This document shows positions 1-8,709 of a stretch of 64,000 nucleotides of DNA, piece after piece. The DNA lies in the IMG/VR virus record IMGVR_UViG_3300037067_015270, positions 32,001 through 96,000 of that record, one strand, 5' to 3'. Numbering within the stretch: the stretch's first letter is position 1; every line of letters begins with the position of its first letter. The position numbers and the translations under genes were made by a program. The notes under the pieces were generated by a model. The model saw only the letters and a program-made list of their open reading frames with translations, was not told the origin of the DNA and ran no database searches. Source of the stretch: a virus (lineage: Duplodnaviria; Caudoviricetes).

Positions 1-2394
1 ACTTCCAGCCTTTCTTGCTACTGCCGGATTCGTTTGGTCACCAAGACCTCTGTGTGCTAGACTAGGATTATTAACTATATATTCTGATGTTGTAGCAATA
101 CCAGATGCATTATATTGCCGAGCAACAATTCCTATATTATTGCTATCAATCGGATCATCTGGTTGATGATATGACTGCCAAACAATTACAAAATTACCAT
201 CTCGATCACAACCGACATCGGGATATAAATGAGAATATGTTGCGTCAAGGTTTACTACAAATTCTGACCCAGCTTTTACACCAGCCGCAGTATAACGTTG
301 GCCATAAATATTATGGGTGCCATATACGTGCCATGTTACTACAAATGTACCACTTGGAGCGAATGAGACTCTCGAATGCATATAATAAGTGCCACCACCG
401 CCACCAGATGTAGTATTAACTTGAAATTCGGAGCCGAGTTTTGTGCCTGAATAATTAAGCCGTTGACCATATACATTCTGAGTTGCTGTAGAAGGTCCTT
501 CGTAAGTATAAACTACAACATAATCACCATTATCTGCTACGTCGATATCAGTAGTTCTGTGTTGTCCGTCTCCACCGGTGCTGATTTTGAAGTTTGTAGA
601 TCCAACTTTAACACCATCGGCGCTAAATCTCTGACCATAAATATCACTATCAGTTATGCTAATATCTAGGTATAGCTCGCTCCACACGACCATGAAAGCT
701 TTTGTAGTCGGGTTTATTGCTATCGCTGGATCATAATAATATGAATTTGCAAGTGCATTAACTCTGAATTGATCTCCTAACGGAACACCAGTTGCACTAT
801 ACATTCTGGCATGAATACCTCTCTCAAAATCCAGGTCTGGCCCACTCCAGGTTATAATAAAAGTACCATCGTCTGCTATGGCTACATCTGGTTCTATTGA
901 ATATGGATCGCCATATGACGGTACGGTAAATTGCGCTGTTGTAGGATTACCATCTGATGCGAACACCTGCGCCATTACGACCGGTGTAGCGGGAACATCG
1001 TAATTTGCCCAAGTAATCACAAATCTGCCATCAACTGCATCAGCAACACGAGGAGTGCGATAATCTCCGGTGATAAGCTCCGGCGATGATGATGGCGATG
1101 GCGACAACGAAGGCGACAGAGAGGGCGACAGAGAGGGCGACAGTAATGAAGCTGATGGTGAAGGCGACAATGACGGCGATAACGAAGGCGAAGGCGATAG
1201 AGAGGGTGACGCTGAAATAGATGGTGATAATATCGACGGTGATGGCGACAATGATGGTGATAATATCGACAACGACGGTGATGGAGACTGTGATAGCGAT
1301 GGCGATAATGACGGAGACAACAGAGAATGTGAAGGAGATAATGATAATGAAGGCGACAACGATAACGATGGAGAATATGACGCTGATGGCGAGCTACTCA
1401 AAGATGGTGACAATATTGATGGCGATTGCGACCTCGACAGCCATGAAGATACGGATGGTGTCGGTGATAATGATACTGACAACGAAGGCGACAATGAATG
1501 TGATAACGACAATGATGGCGAGTGCGACGGTGATAAACTGGGAGATACTGACAAACTAGGAGACGGTGAAAGCGACACAGATAGTGATAGGCTAAGAGAT
1601 GGAGACGGTGATAGACTGAGAGATGGCGACAAACTAAGAGATGGCGACAATGACGGCGACAAACTAAGAGATGGCGACAATGACGGCGAAAGTGATGGAG
1701 ATAAGCACGGTAATTGTGAAGGTAAAAAATCTGGCCCCCATACATCTACAAACCAAAAAGATTCTTTATCACATACCGGTACTACTGTTCCATCTGCTAA
1801 AACCCATTGAAAAACTAACTCTGTACCTACACTTTCTGGATCTATAAAACGCGGCCCCAATGTTACAGGCGCAGATTCGATACCGGATACAGCATTGTCA
1901 AAGTGATACTTGAATTGGTCTATTGGCCCAGTACCACAATTGAAGCTGGTTTGAAAATAACATGTAGATTGTGAGTTGTTCTCCGTAATTATATATCCGA
2001 CATATCCAAGAGAGCTTGGTTCAATAATTTGTCGCTCAATAGTGCAAATTCCACGCCTATACACATTCTTCGTGTCTCCGTCAACACGACCATAATCTAT
2101 TCCAAGATTTACCTCCACAACAGAAATAATAGTGACTGTGAGATTACTATATCTATTACTAATTATTTGCTCAGCGGCATCAGCATCTGATGCCTGCACT
2201 CTAACAACACCACACGCCCCATTAACACAAAACCTAACATCCCACGTTCGCATCTCGCCCCAAACAATAGGCATTTTGGTAATAGTAGTATAATCTATCA
2301 CACTTACGCCATCTACATCTATTGTCTCCCATTGAGTCCAATATAATGTTCCATAGTCATCTCTGAAAAATATCGACCCTGTGGCTGGCGTCAT
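1..2394 (-). CDS. Large virion/host-attachment protein, truncated at the window edge, with a Ser/Pro/Leu-rich linker and Planctomycete-type extracellular beta-repeats
   Basis: Not in the ORF track because it runs off the window. ATG at 2394 reads MTPATGSIFFRDDYGTLYWTQW. About 1080-1720 encodes (SPSLS)n in this frame, followed by repeats such as EPDVAIADDGTFIITW and GDQFRVN...DPAIAINPTTKAFMVVW. Confidence 0.75.
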   Translation of the reverse strand, partial: MTPATGSIFFRDDYGTLYWTQWETIDVDGVSVIDYTTITKMPIVWGEMRTWDVRFCVNGACGVVRVQASDADAAEQIISNRYSNLTVTIISVVEVNLGIDYGRVDGDTKNVYRRGICTIERQIIEPSSLGYVGYIITENNSQSTCYFQTSFNCGTGPIDQFKYHFDNAVSGIESAPVTLGPRFIDPESVGTELVFQWVLADGTVVPVCDKESFWFVDVWGPDFLPSQLPCLSPSLSPSLSPSLSLSPSLSPSLSLSPSLSLSPSPSLSLSLSVSLSPSPSLSVSPSLSPSHSPSLSLSHSLSPSLSVSLSPTPSVSSWLSRSQSPSILSPSLSSSPSASYSPSLSLSPSLSLSPSHSLLSPSLSPSLSQSPSPSLSILSPSLSPSPSILSPSISASPSLSPSPSLSPSLSPSPSASLLSPSLSPSLSPSLSPSPSSSPELITGDYRTPRVADAVDGRFVITWANYDVPATPVVMAQVFASDGNPTTAQFTVPSYGDPYSIEPDVAIADDGTFIITWSGPDLDFERGIHARMYSATGVPLGDQFRVNALANSYYYDPAIAINPTTKAFMVVWSELYLDISITDSDIYGQRFSADGVKVGSTNFKISTGGDGQHRTTDIDVADNGDYVVVYTYEGPSTATQNVYGQRLNYSGTKLGSEFQVNTTSGGGGGTYYMHSRVSFAPSGTFVVTWHVYGTHNIYGQRYTAAGVKAGSEFVVNLDATYSHLYPDVGCDRDGNFVIVWQSYHQPDDPIDSNNIGIVARQYNASGIATTSEYIVNNPSLAHRGLGDQTNPAVARKAGS

Positions 2395-2566
2395 TTAATA
2401 GCTCACTATTCAGGATAATTCAATTCATTGAACAACTCTCACCAGTCAACAAGAAGGCATAAAGTATATTTGCAATAATCTAGCAAATATGGCTCACTCT
2501 TTTACTCCAATTACAGGTGTTTAATCCGGACCTTTGGATCGAAGTCTCTCAATCTTAATATTCCAC

Positions 2567-2809
2567 TCAATCGTTTGTCGTCCTGCACGCATCAATGAAC
2601 TCATCAAATGTAGATCCGAACGCCTCAGATAGAGTAGAATCAAGTGGTGGCATTGGCTTATATATTGATTTATGAGACTTCGAATCGCCAGCCACTTTAT
2701 CATGGTAGTCTGCCATTAATCTGAGAGCATCAGATGTACTTCCAGAGAAATCATCAGGTAATCTAAAATAAGCCATGTACAAGGTGAGTATCTTCATTTT
2801 ACCTACCAT
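2567..2809 (-). CDS. Hypothetical protein
   Basis: 80 aa ORF, coupled to the upstream minus-strand gene. Confidence 0.55.
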   Translation of the reverse strand: MVGKMKILTLYMAYFRLPDDFSGSTSDALRLMADYHDKVAGDSKSHKSIYKPMPPLDSTLSEAFGSTFDEFIDACRTTND

Positions 2810-3906
2810 AAGAGGAAATAATTAGATTCACGCAGTAATTTCGATTCTACAGCATGGTCATACAATTGTAAAACATTGGTCGGATTATGTTGTTCTATTA
2901 ATTTCAATTTGTCATCTCTTGAAGCATAACATATCATCCGTTGTGTACAATTTAGCACGTCATTGCTTGGCATGTGAAAGCCATCTAAATTATTGTCGGA
3001 AATGAGTAATTCTACATTTTGATTTTCAAACCACCCAAAATCAGCTCGTAAGAAACTAGCAAATCCTAAATCTAAAGCCCTCTGAAACCTGTCATCTTTA
3101 ATGGTCAAGTACGGCAGGCCCATCATGGCACACGCTAAAGCTTTAGAACCGAATCCTGGATGCAGATCAGCAACAACACCAGTTACGTTCAGTGATTTAA
3201 ATAAAGCGCAATATACTAATGGATTTATAACCCTGCGGCGGGTGAACCATCTAGTAACTTTCCGAATGTTCGAAGAACTTATACGAACCTTCTTTTTATC
3301 GCACACAGTTCTTAACGCAGTCCATAGTACCTTACCTGTTTGGTTGGCACCGGGATTAAAGAAATGCTCTAATATTCGAAAATATGGAGGAATACGTCCC
3401 CTAGGAAAACAGGTAATCGCACCATTTATCAGATGCTTATCAGAGTTTGCGTTCTGCAATTGCTCCCAATCTTTTTCAAGTATCTCCTCGGGATACCAAT
3501 CTGGCTCTGGCTTTGTTTTAAGAATCTCACGGAGCAGATGGTGCATGGCTATGCGCCGCTCCATTAGCGTGGCTTCGTTGAATTGGTTGCGATTAATACA
3601 CCAATGATATGTGGGAGATTCATCTAGCGGGTCATAGCGGTATTCTTTGAATACCTGTAGTTCCTGTCTTATCGCAGCTAATTTTGGATTAACAACGAAA
3701 GTATTATCATGTCGCTTTTTCTTGCGCTTTTTAACCTTGAAATAATATAATTCTCTTATCCCGGTCTTGTATACTGCTTGAATTGTTGTCGGACGTAGGT
3801 ATGCAGTTTTTATTATGTCAGTCTGTTCTAGTTGGGACGCTAGTAACTTCACCCACAGTGGTGTCGTCCCAGGTCGTACGCGTCGACGACGAAACCTTTG
3901 GTGCAT
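2803..3906 (-). CDS. Protein with a degenerate Rossmann-fold methyltransferase-like C-terminal domain
   Basis: VVADLHPGFGSKALACAMMG resembles SAM-binding motif I. No clear DPPY/SPPY motif. Confidence 0.4.
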   Translation of the reverse strand: MHQRFRRRRVRPGTTPLWVKLLASQLEQTDIIKTAYLRPTTIQAVYKTGIRELYYFKVKKRKKKRHDNTFVVNPKLAAIRQELQVFKEYRYDPLDESPTYHWCINRNQFNEATLMERRIAMHHLLREILKTKPEPDWYPEEILEKDWEQLQNANSDKHLINGAITCFPRGRIPPYFRILEHFFNPGANQTGKVLWTALRTVCDKKKVRISSSNIRKVTRWFTRRRVINPLVYCALFKSLNVTGVVADLHPGFGSKALACAMMGLPYLTIKDDRFQRALDLGFASFLRADFGWFENQNVELLISDNNLDGFHMPSNDVLNCTQRMICYASRDDKLKLIEQHNPTNVLQLYDHAVESKLLRESNYFLLW

Positions 3907-4471
3907 ATCTAGTTCTTACCTGAATTTTAAACTTATTCAACCAAGTGGATATTGAATCTTTTGAGACACCTGCAATTTTCCCACACATAGCCAAAGTTTG
4001 ACCTAATTCCACATAATGTTTGTACAACCATTCATAATTATTACATGGATTAGTTGTATGTTTAGATCTCCTAGGCATTGTTGGTATATTGTATTTACGC
4101 AGACGCTTGGTAACAGTCCTCCTGTTTAGGTGTGTTATTCTAGATAAAGTGCGTATACCATAGAGTTGATAATAATGTCTCCACCATTCTGCACAATCCC
4201 AACCGGGTTCTAGTTTTATATCTGGAACAATATAAACACACTTAGGTACTGGGCTTGGACGCTTGGTTCTAATTAGATCAGTGCCATCAGTTCTTGTTTT
4301 TAGCATCCTGATATATCTAGAGCCAAACGACAAGACTTGCGACAAGTCATTAGTACTGAAGAATTTATAGCGTAGAAAGAAATTTTTTAGCTGCTCTGGG
4401 TCATATTTATTAAGCAGCTTAAACTCATCACGCATTATCTGGCAATGGTCATCATTAACTAAACAGGGCAT
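3818..4471 (-). CDS. Helix-turn-helix repeat protein
   Basis: Two HTH-like segments: GIRTLSRITHLNRRTVTKRLRKYNI and WLYKHYVELGQTLAMCGKIAGVSKDSISTWLNKFKI. Confidence 0.55.
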   Translation of the reverse strand: MPCLVNDDHCQIMRDEFKLLNKYDPEQLKNFFLRYKFFSTNDLSQVLSFGSRYIRMLKTRTDGTDLIRTKRPSPVPKCVYIVPDIKLEPGWDCAEWWRHYYQLYGIRTLSRITHLNRRTVTKRLRKYNIPTMPRRSKHTTNPCNNYEWLYKHYVELGQTLAMCGKIAGVSKDSISTWLNKFKIQVRTRYAPKVSSSTRTTWDDTTVGEVTSVPTRTD

Positions 4472-4670
4472 CGTTCAACTGCTGGTCGAAAGACTCTTTC
4501 TTGACATGTTTAGGAAGGCCCTTCGTTTTCGTCGAGGCGAAATCTTTGGCTGCCTTGTCAGTCATACCCTTAGCGGCTTTCTTGACTGCTGGAGATGCCT
4601 TTCCGCCCTCTTCCTTGTGTTTATGCACCATACCCATAAATTGTTGCTGTGCTTTACTTACTGCTGGCAT
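4455..4670 (-). CDS. DUF3008-like small protein
   Basis: MPAVSKAQQ...M...KDFASTKTKGLP pattern, typical of DUF3008. Confidence 0.65.
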   Translation of the reverse strand: MPAVSKAQQQFMGMVHKHKEEGGKASPAVKKAAKGMTDKAAKDFASTKTKGLPKHVKKESFDQQLNDALFS

Positions 4671-4739
4671 AGAAATCTCCTTTTCGTATAATTTTGATTA
4701 ACAGAAATCCTGCAATCACCTAGTTATAAATACAATATC

Positions 4740-5222
4740 TCAGGCAGACTCTAATTCCATGTAGTAGGCAGAATGGTCTGGTGCATAATAGTTGCGAACC
4801 ACATTTTTCGCAACAAAACCATTACTACGTAGAAATAATTGTGCTGGTAGATTCCGTTCACTGATATGAACAGAAATATAATCTTTCTTTTCCAAGTTGA
4901 GCTTTATCTTTAGCATATCAATAATGAGAGATGCTATTTTTCGCCTTCTGTGATAACGCTCAACTGCAAGATTACATAATTCTATATGGTCTTGATGATA
5001 CTTTATTATGACGTACGCAGCAATAAAACCATCATGCTCCACAACATAACACTTGTCTCCACATAATGTGGAATGAAAATCGAAGCTGCTGTGTTCTATG
5101 GCTGTGATTTGTTCAAAATCACGTTTAGAAACAAAGCGAATATTGGCTGGTATTGAGTGTGTGAGATTTTTATATCTTAAGAAATAAACTTGACTAGCAT
5201 CTCGCATAAGCTCTTTATTCAT
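4740..5222 (-). CDS. rimI: RimI-like GNAT N-acetyltransferase
   Basis: NLAVERYHRRRKIAS (acetyl-CoA motif A) and ISERNLPAQLFLRSNGF...RNYY...AYYM. Confidence 0.75.
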   Translation of the reverse strand: MNKELMRDASQVYFLRYKNLTHSIPANIRFVSKRDFEQITAIEHSSFDFHSTLCGDKCYVVEHDGFIAAYVIIKYHQDHIELCNLAVERYHRRRKIASLIIDMLKIKLNLEKKDYISVHISERNLPAQLFLRSNGFVAKNVVRNYYAPDHSAYYMELESA

Positions 5223-5296
5223 CAGTTCCCTCTATGAACAAGTGCTGTTGATTTCGCATATGCGTATTAAAACACAGCTTTTCCTTCCTTGCAATA

Positions 5297-6334
5297 TTAA
5301 TTCATTATAATCGACCAACGTACGACAATCATAAAGTCAGAACTCTTCTTGAATGGCACTTTGAGAATGCGCTGTGAGAACAGTCGTAGTGAATCTCTGA
5401 AAATTCCAATAGCACCTGTGATGTTGTTTCCGTCAGAATCAACAGGAGTTCTGTCCAAACCAATATCACTACCACCAACCAATTTGGATGTCACTAAATA
5501 GTACTCATTAATCTGCGATAAGGTTGTGCCATCTACATTGGTAATCTTTATTTGGTCGCCTTCACTAATCACATCGACATATGCAATATCTGCAATATCT
5601 ATTGATATAGTGGCAGTACCCGTTGCTGTCGCTATTATCGGAGTACCGTCAGCTTTACCTTCTAAGAAAATCGTCTTCGGGTCGCACTCACATTGACCTA
5701 CTTCACCAAGTTCTTTACCACCAGCCAGAGCAACCTCGGTGATTGTGAAATAATCAGAATCAGTCAACCCAAAACCATTGTATTCATCTTTAGTTAATGT
5801 TGTTTCGAATACAACAATGTTGTTCATCGCACGGACATCGTCTTGCATCAACGGTGTGCCCGCTGGTTGATATGTCGGTTGATAATATATTGATTCAACT
5901 CTCTTTAATGGTCTCCCAGGCTCTGAAATAGGAATCGCATTAATCAAACCACCGTCATATTCTGCGCCGACACCCAAAGTGATTGGTATAGTTAATCCTG
6001 TAATTGGATCGGTTGTGTAATAACGCGGATCTGTGGTATCTAAAGCAGCACCGGTATCTGGATCAAAAGAAGCACCGAATAAGATGTATTTCGGTGCGTA
6101 GTCTGCAGCATTTAAACCACTCGCAACCCAGGCACCAGCGCCGCTACTAGCGTTAGGGTCCCAAATCTTCTCGTATGGTAATCTGTGTGCTAATATCTCC
6201 TTAGCACCAATTTTAACAATGTTATGTTGGCGATTATGTTCTAACACACGGCCATGTATGTCTTTGATGATAATTTCAATCTCACCATCACATGTATGGC
6301 TGAGTGATTCATTTAGATTTAAGACATTATCCAT
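5297..6334 (-). CDS. Putative virion structural (baseplate/tail) protein
   Basis: 345 aa, Gly/Thr/Asp-rich. HNIV N-terminal and FTITEVAL...LFS...F-KSSDF-I-VRW-I C-terminal patterns are seen in phage baseplate/tail-collar proteins. Confidence 0.55.
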   Translation of the reverse strand: MDNVLNLNESLSHTCDGEIEIIIKDIHGRVLEHNRQHNIVKIGAKEILAHRLPYEKIWDPNASSGAGAWVASGLNAADYAPKYILFGASFDPDTGAALDTTDPRYYTTDPITGLTIPITLGVGAEYDGGLINAIPISEPGRPLKRVESIYYQPTYQPAGTPLMQDDVRAMNNIVVFETTLTKDEYNGFGLTDSDYFTITEVALAGGKELGEVGQCECDPKTIFLEGKADGTPIIATATGTATISIDIADIAYVDVISEGDQIKITNVDGTTLSQINEYYLVTSKLVGGSDIGLDRTPVDSDGNNITGAIGIFRDSLRLFSQRILKVPFKKSSDFMIVVRWSIIMN

Positions 6335-6346
6335 ATTCGCAAATCC

Positions 6347-6976
6347 TTATTTGTTGAAATCCTTAAACATCCAATTCGACATCGCCTGCGAAATACGACT
6401 CAGAATTTGCAGGTTGAGCAATTCTTCAAAAATCCAAATAATAGGCTTGCGAACACAAACCCATAAAACATTCCATGGCCAAAGAATTGCCCATGTTAGC
6501 AGCCGTGCTTTGTTATCACGATATTGTGGCGGAACAAGAATGCCACCATCACTAACATGCATACCGTTATATCGACCGATATCATAAGCACGAGCACACC
6601 ATTGACGAAATAGTGTATGGCTTGGTGTAATCGAATCGCCACTAGCAAAACCACCGCTATTTAATATTTCTTCTTTAACTCTCTTTAATTGTCTATATAA
6701 ACCATATAAGTATAATGGCCAACGCATGAAAATTGAATAAATGCAACCAATAATGAAATAACAACCAATGTATAATGTTGCAGCCCATGGATTGGTCCAA
6801 GCTGCTGGACCGACTTCTGTGAAAAGCACAGCTAATGCCAATGATATAAGTAGAACGACACTTGAACCCTGTGGGCTGGGTTCGTCAATAGCAGATAAAA
6901 CGATAAAAATAATGCTGAGTATAGCCAACACAACAAAGAATGTGATGCCATCGATCGCTAATAATATTGTAATCAT
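6347..6976 (-). CDS. Membrane protein
   Basis: Three or four hydrophobic segments. Confidence 0.65.
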   Translation of the reverse strand: MITILLAIDGITFFVVLAILSIIFIVLSAIDEPSPQGSSVVLLISLALAVLFTEVGPAAWTNPWAATLYIGCYFIIGCIYSIFMRWPLYLYGLYRQLKRVKEEILNSGGFASGDSITPSHTLFRQWCARAYDIGRYNGMHVSDGGILVPPQYRDNKARLLTWAILWPWNVLWVCVRKPIIWIFEELLNLQILSRISQAMSNWMFKDFNK

Positions 6977-7626
6977 TAAATTACTACGTCCGGGATTGAG
7001 AAATTATTTGGTAATATATTCATAATGACAACAGTAAATGTGTCATCTTTAACGAGTGTTGTACTATTCAACAATTTAATCGTTGTAGCGGTATAATATT
7101 CACAGTTGCGTGGATCTATTAACAAACCATTGATATAAACGAATGGCCTTGTTTTAATCAGATCAATTTCACCTTGTAGCGTTACTGGAACTGGGATTTC
7201 TGTCGCCGAAGTAGATGCGACATAACCACCAAAAGTCGTTACAGGAGCAGCTCCGGATAATTTGCTGTTTGTACTAGTATACCACGCACTCAACGTTACT
7301 GGAATTGTAGTTATTGTTTCTAATTCGATAACGCTAGCAAGACTCATCCAAGAACCAGTGATGTTTTCAAGACTGCTACGCCAGATTTTGAGTGTCAAAT
7401 CATTCAAGTCGAACCATAACGTTCCATCGCGGTATTGAGTTGGTTCATCGTAAGACGATTGATTTGCTAAAAGGCTAATGTACCATAACAATAACCAATC
7501 CCATCTAGGTTGTGCATCAGGATAAGGAAATCTTTCATGGTCTTGCCCAGACAAACCAACATCAGATGCAAAATCAATCAGTGGCGCTGGAAATCGTAGT
7601 CTATTGTCTGGAAGCATATTCTTCAA
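6976..7626 (-). CDS. Putative virion structural protein
   Basis: DGTLWFDLNDLTLKIW and VYINGLL motifs, common in tail/baseplate proteins. Confidence 0.5.
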   Translation of the reverse strand: MKNMLPDNRLRFPAPLIDFASDVGLSGQDHERFPYPDAQPRWDWLLLWYISLLANQSSYDEPTQYRDGTLWFDLNDLTLKIWRSSLENITGSWMSLASVIELETITTIPVTLSAWYTSTNSKLSGAAPVTTFGGYVASTSATEIPVPVTLQGEIDLIKTRPFVYINGLLIDPRNCEYYTATTIKLLNSTTLVKDDTFTVVIMNILPNNFSIPDVVI

Positions 7627-7632
7627 TCCTAT

Positions 7633-8526
7633 TTATTTGGAAGCGACAGCTGTTTCTTGTTCTGGCGCTGGCGGTGCATACTTGCCAGTAATTTGGTCTA
7701 CCAACCCAGAAATTTCTTTTTGGTGGTCGCTTAATTCTTTCGCACGCTGTTTAGCAGCTTCGCGTTCAAGTTCTTTAGCGTTTGGTGATTTGCCTAATGC
7801 GACAGACCAAAGAGCCTCCATAGTGTCTTCAAATACTTTCTTATCGGAAAGTGTCATTGGCTCAACACGCCATTTCTCATCACCGCTCTTGCCCTTAAAA
7901 ACGATAACGTGTGAACCTGGCTCAGCTACATGCCAAGTGATACCTTGCTTCTTTAGAGCATTCTTTAGCGTGATGCCAGATTTGGTCTTTGCATCTAACG
8001 CTTGTTGGAGCATTTCGACCCCAACCTTAGGTTGTGCAGCACCATCAGGGACAGCAATACCATCTAATGCTTCGTCGATAGCCTTGTTCAGCATTATCTT
8101 TCTATCTTCGAAGAAGCGATCCTTAGCACGTGGCGGCTCGTCCTCGTCCGGCTCCCAATCTTTCTTTTTCTCGTCCGGCTTATCTTCTTTCTCGTCCTTC
8201 TTCTCCCATGGTTTGTCGAAAGCCTCGTTAAGATTCTTGTAGAACTTGCCGAATTTATTATCAGCCGAATTAATAATTGATGATACACTAATCTTCGGAT
8301 CCGAAGTAATAACAACCATTGTTCCAGCCGAAACCCTCTTCGTTTCAGCAATAATATTATTAGCTATAGCAGATCTTTGTAATCTTTTAGCTATTGTTGA
8401 TAATGGCTGCTTAGTTAGAATTACTTTGAGATTGTCCTCACTAATGAGCAATTCTGTCTGGATACCAGCTATTGAGCATGCTTGGTTGAAGAATTTATGT
8501 ACAGTATAAAGATTGTTCACGGTCAA
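7633..8526 (-). CDS. Hypothetical protein (possible internal head protein)
   Basis: 297 aa, with a charged low-complexity middle. Confidence 0.55.
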   Translation of the reverse strand: MTVNNLYTVHKFFNQACSIAGIQTELLISEDNLKVILTKQPLSTIAKRLQRSAIANNIIAETKRVSAGTMVVITSDPKISVSSIINSADNKFGKFYKNLNEAFDKPWEKKDEKEDKPDEKKKDWEPDEDEPPRAKDRFFEDRKIMLNKAIDEALDGIAVPDGAAQPKVGVEMLQQALDAKTKSGITLKNALKKQGITWHVAEPGSHVIVFKGKSGDEKWRVEPMTLSDKKVFEDTMEALWSVALGKSPNAKELEREAAKQRAKELSDHQKEISGLVDQITGKYAPPAPEQETAVASK

Positions 8527-8709
8527 CTCCTTGGCAGCCCAAATGTATTATACTTAACTTCCTGAGTATCTTTGACAAATTAAGATTATCATTTAAAACT
8601 ATTATATGGTACGTTATCTCATAGGTGAGGTAAACATTAAAGGCTCTCATATGGCAGCTACTAAAAGATTTGACAACGGTTTGTTTACTGCCTCAAAAGT
8701 AAATAGGAT

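Noticed and set aside
1070-1810. 246 aa Asp/Gly-rich plus-strand ORF
   Set aside because: It is the antisense shadow of the Ser/Pro-rich segment of the long minus-strand gene starting at 2394.
2803-3906. This MTase-like gene as the self-target of the LDPFMGSGS guide
   Set aside because: Its motif reads VADLHPGFGSKALAC, which mismatches most decoded positions.
8651-8707. Mini-ORF before the endonuclease fusion as a 5' exon of an intron-split gene
   Set aside because: No group I or II intron structure was recognisable, and the downstream gene has its own RBS and start.
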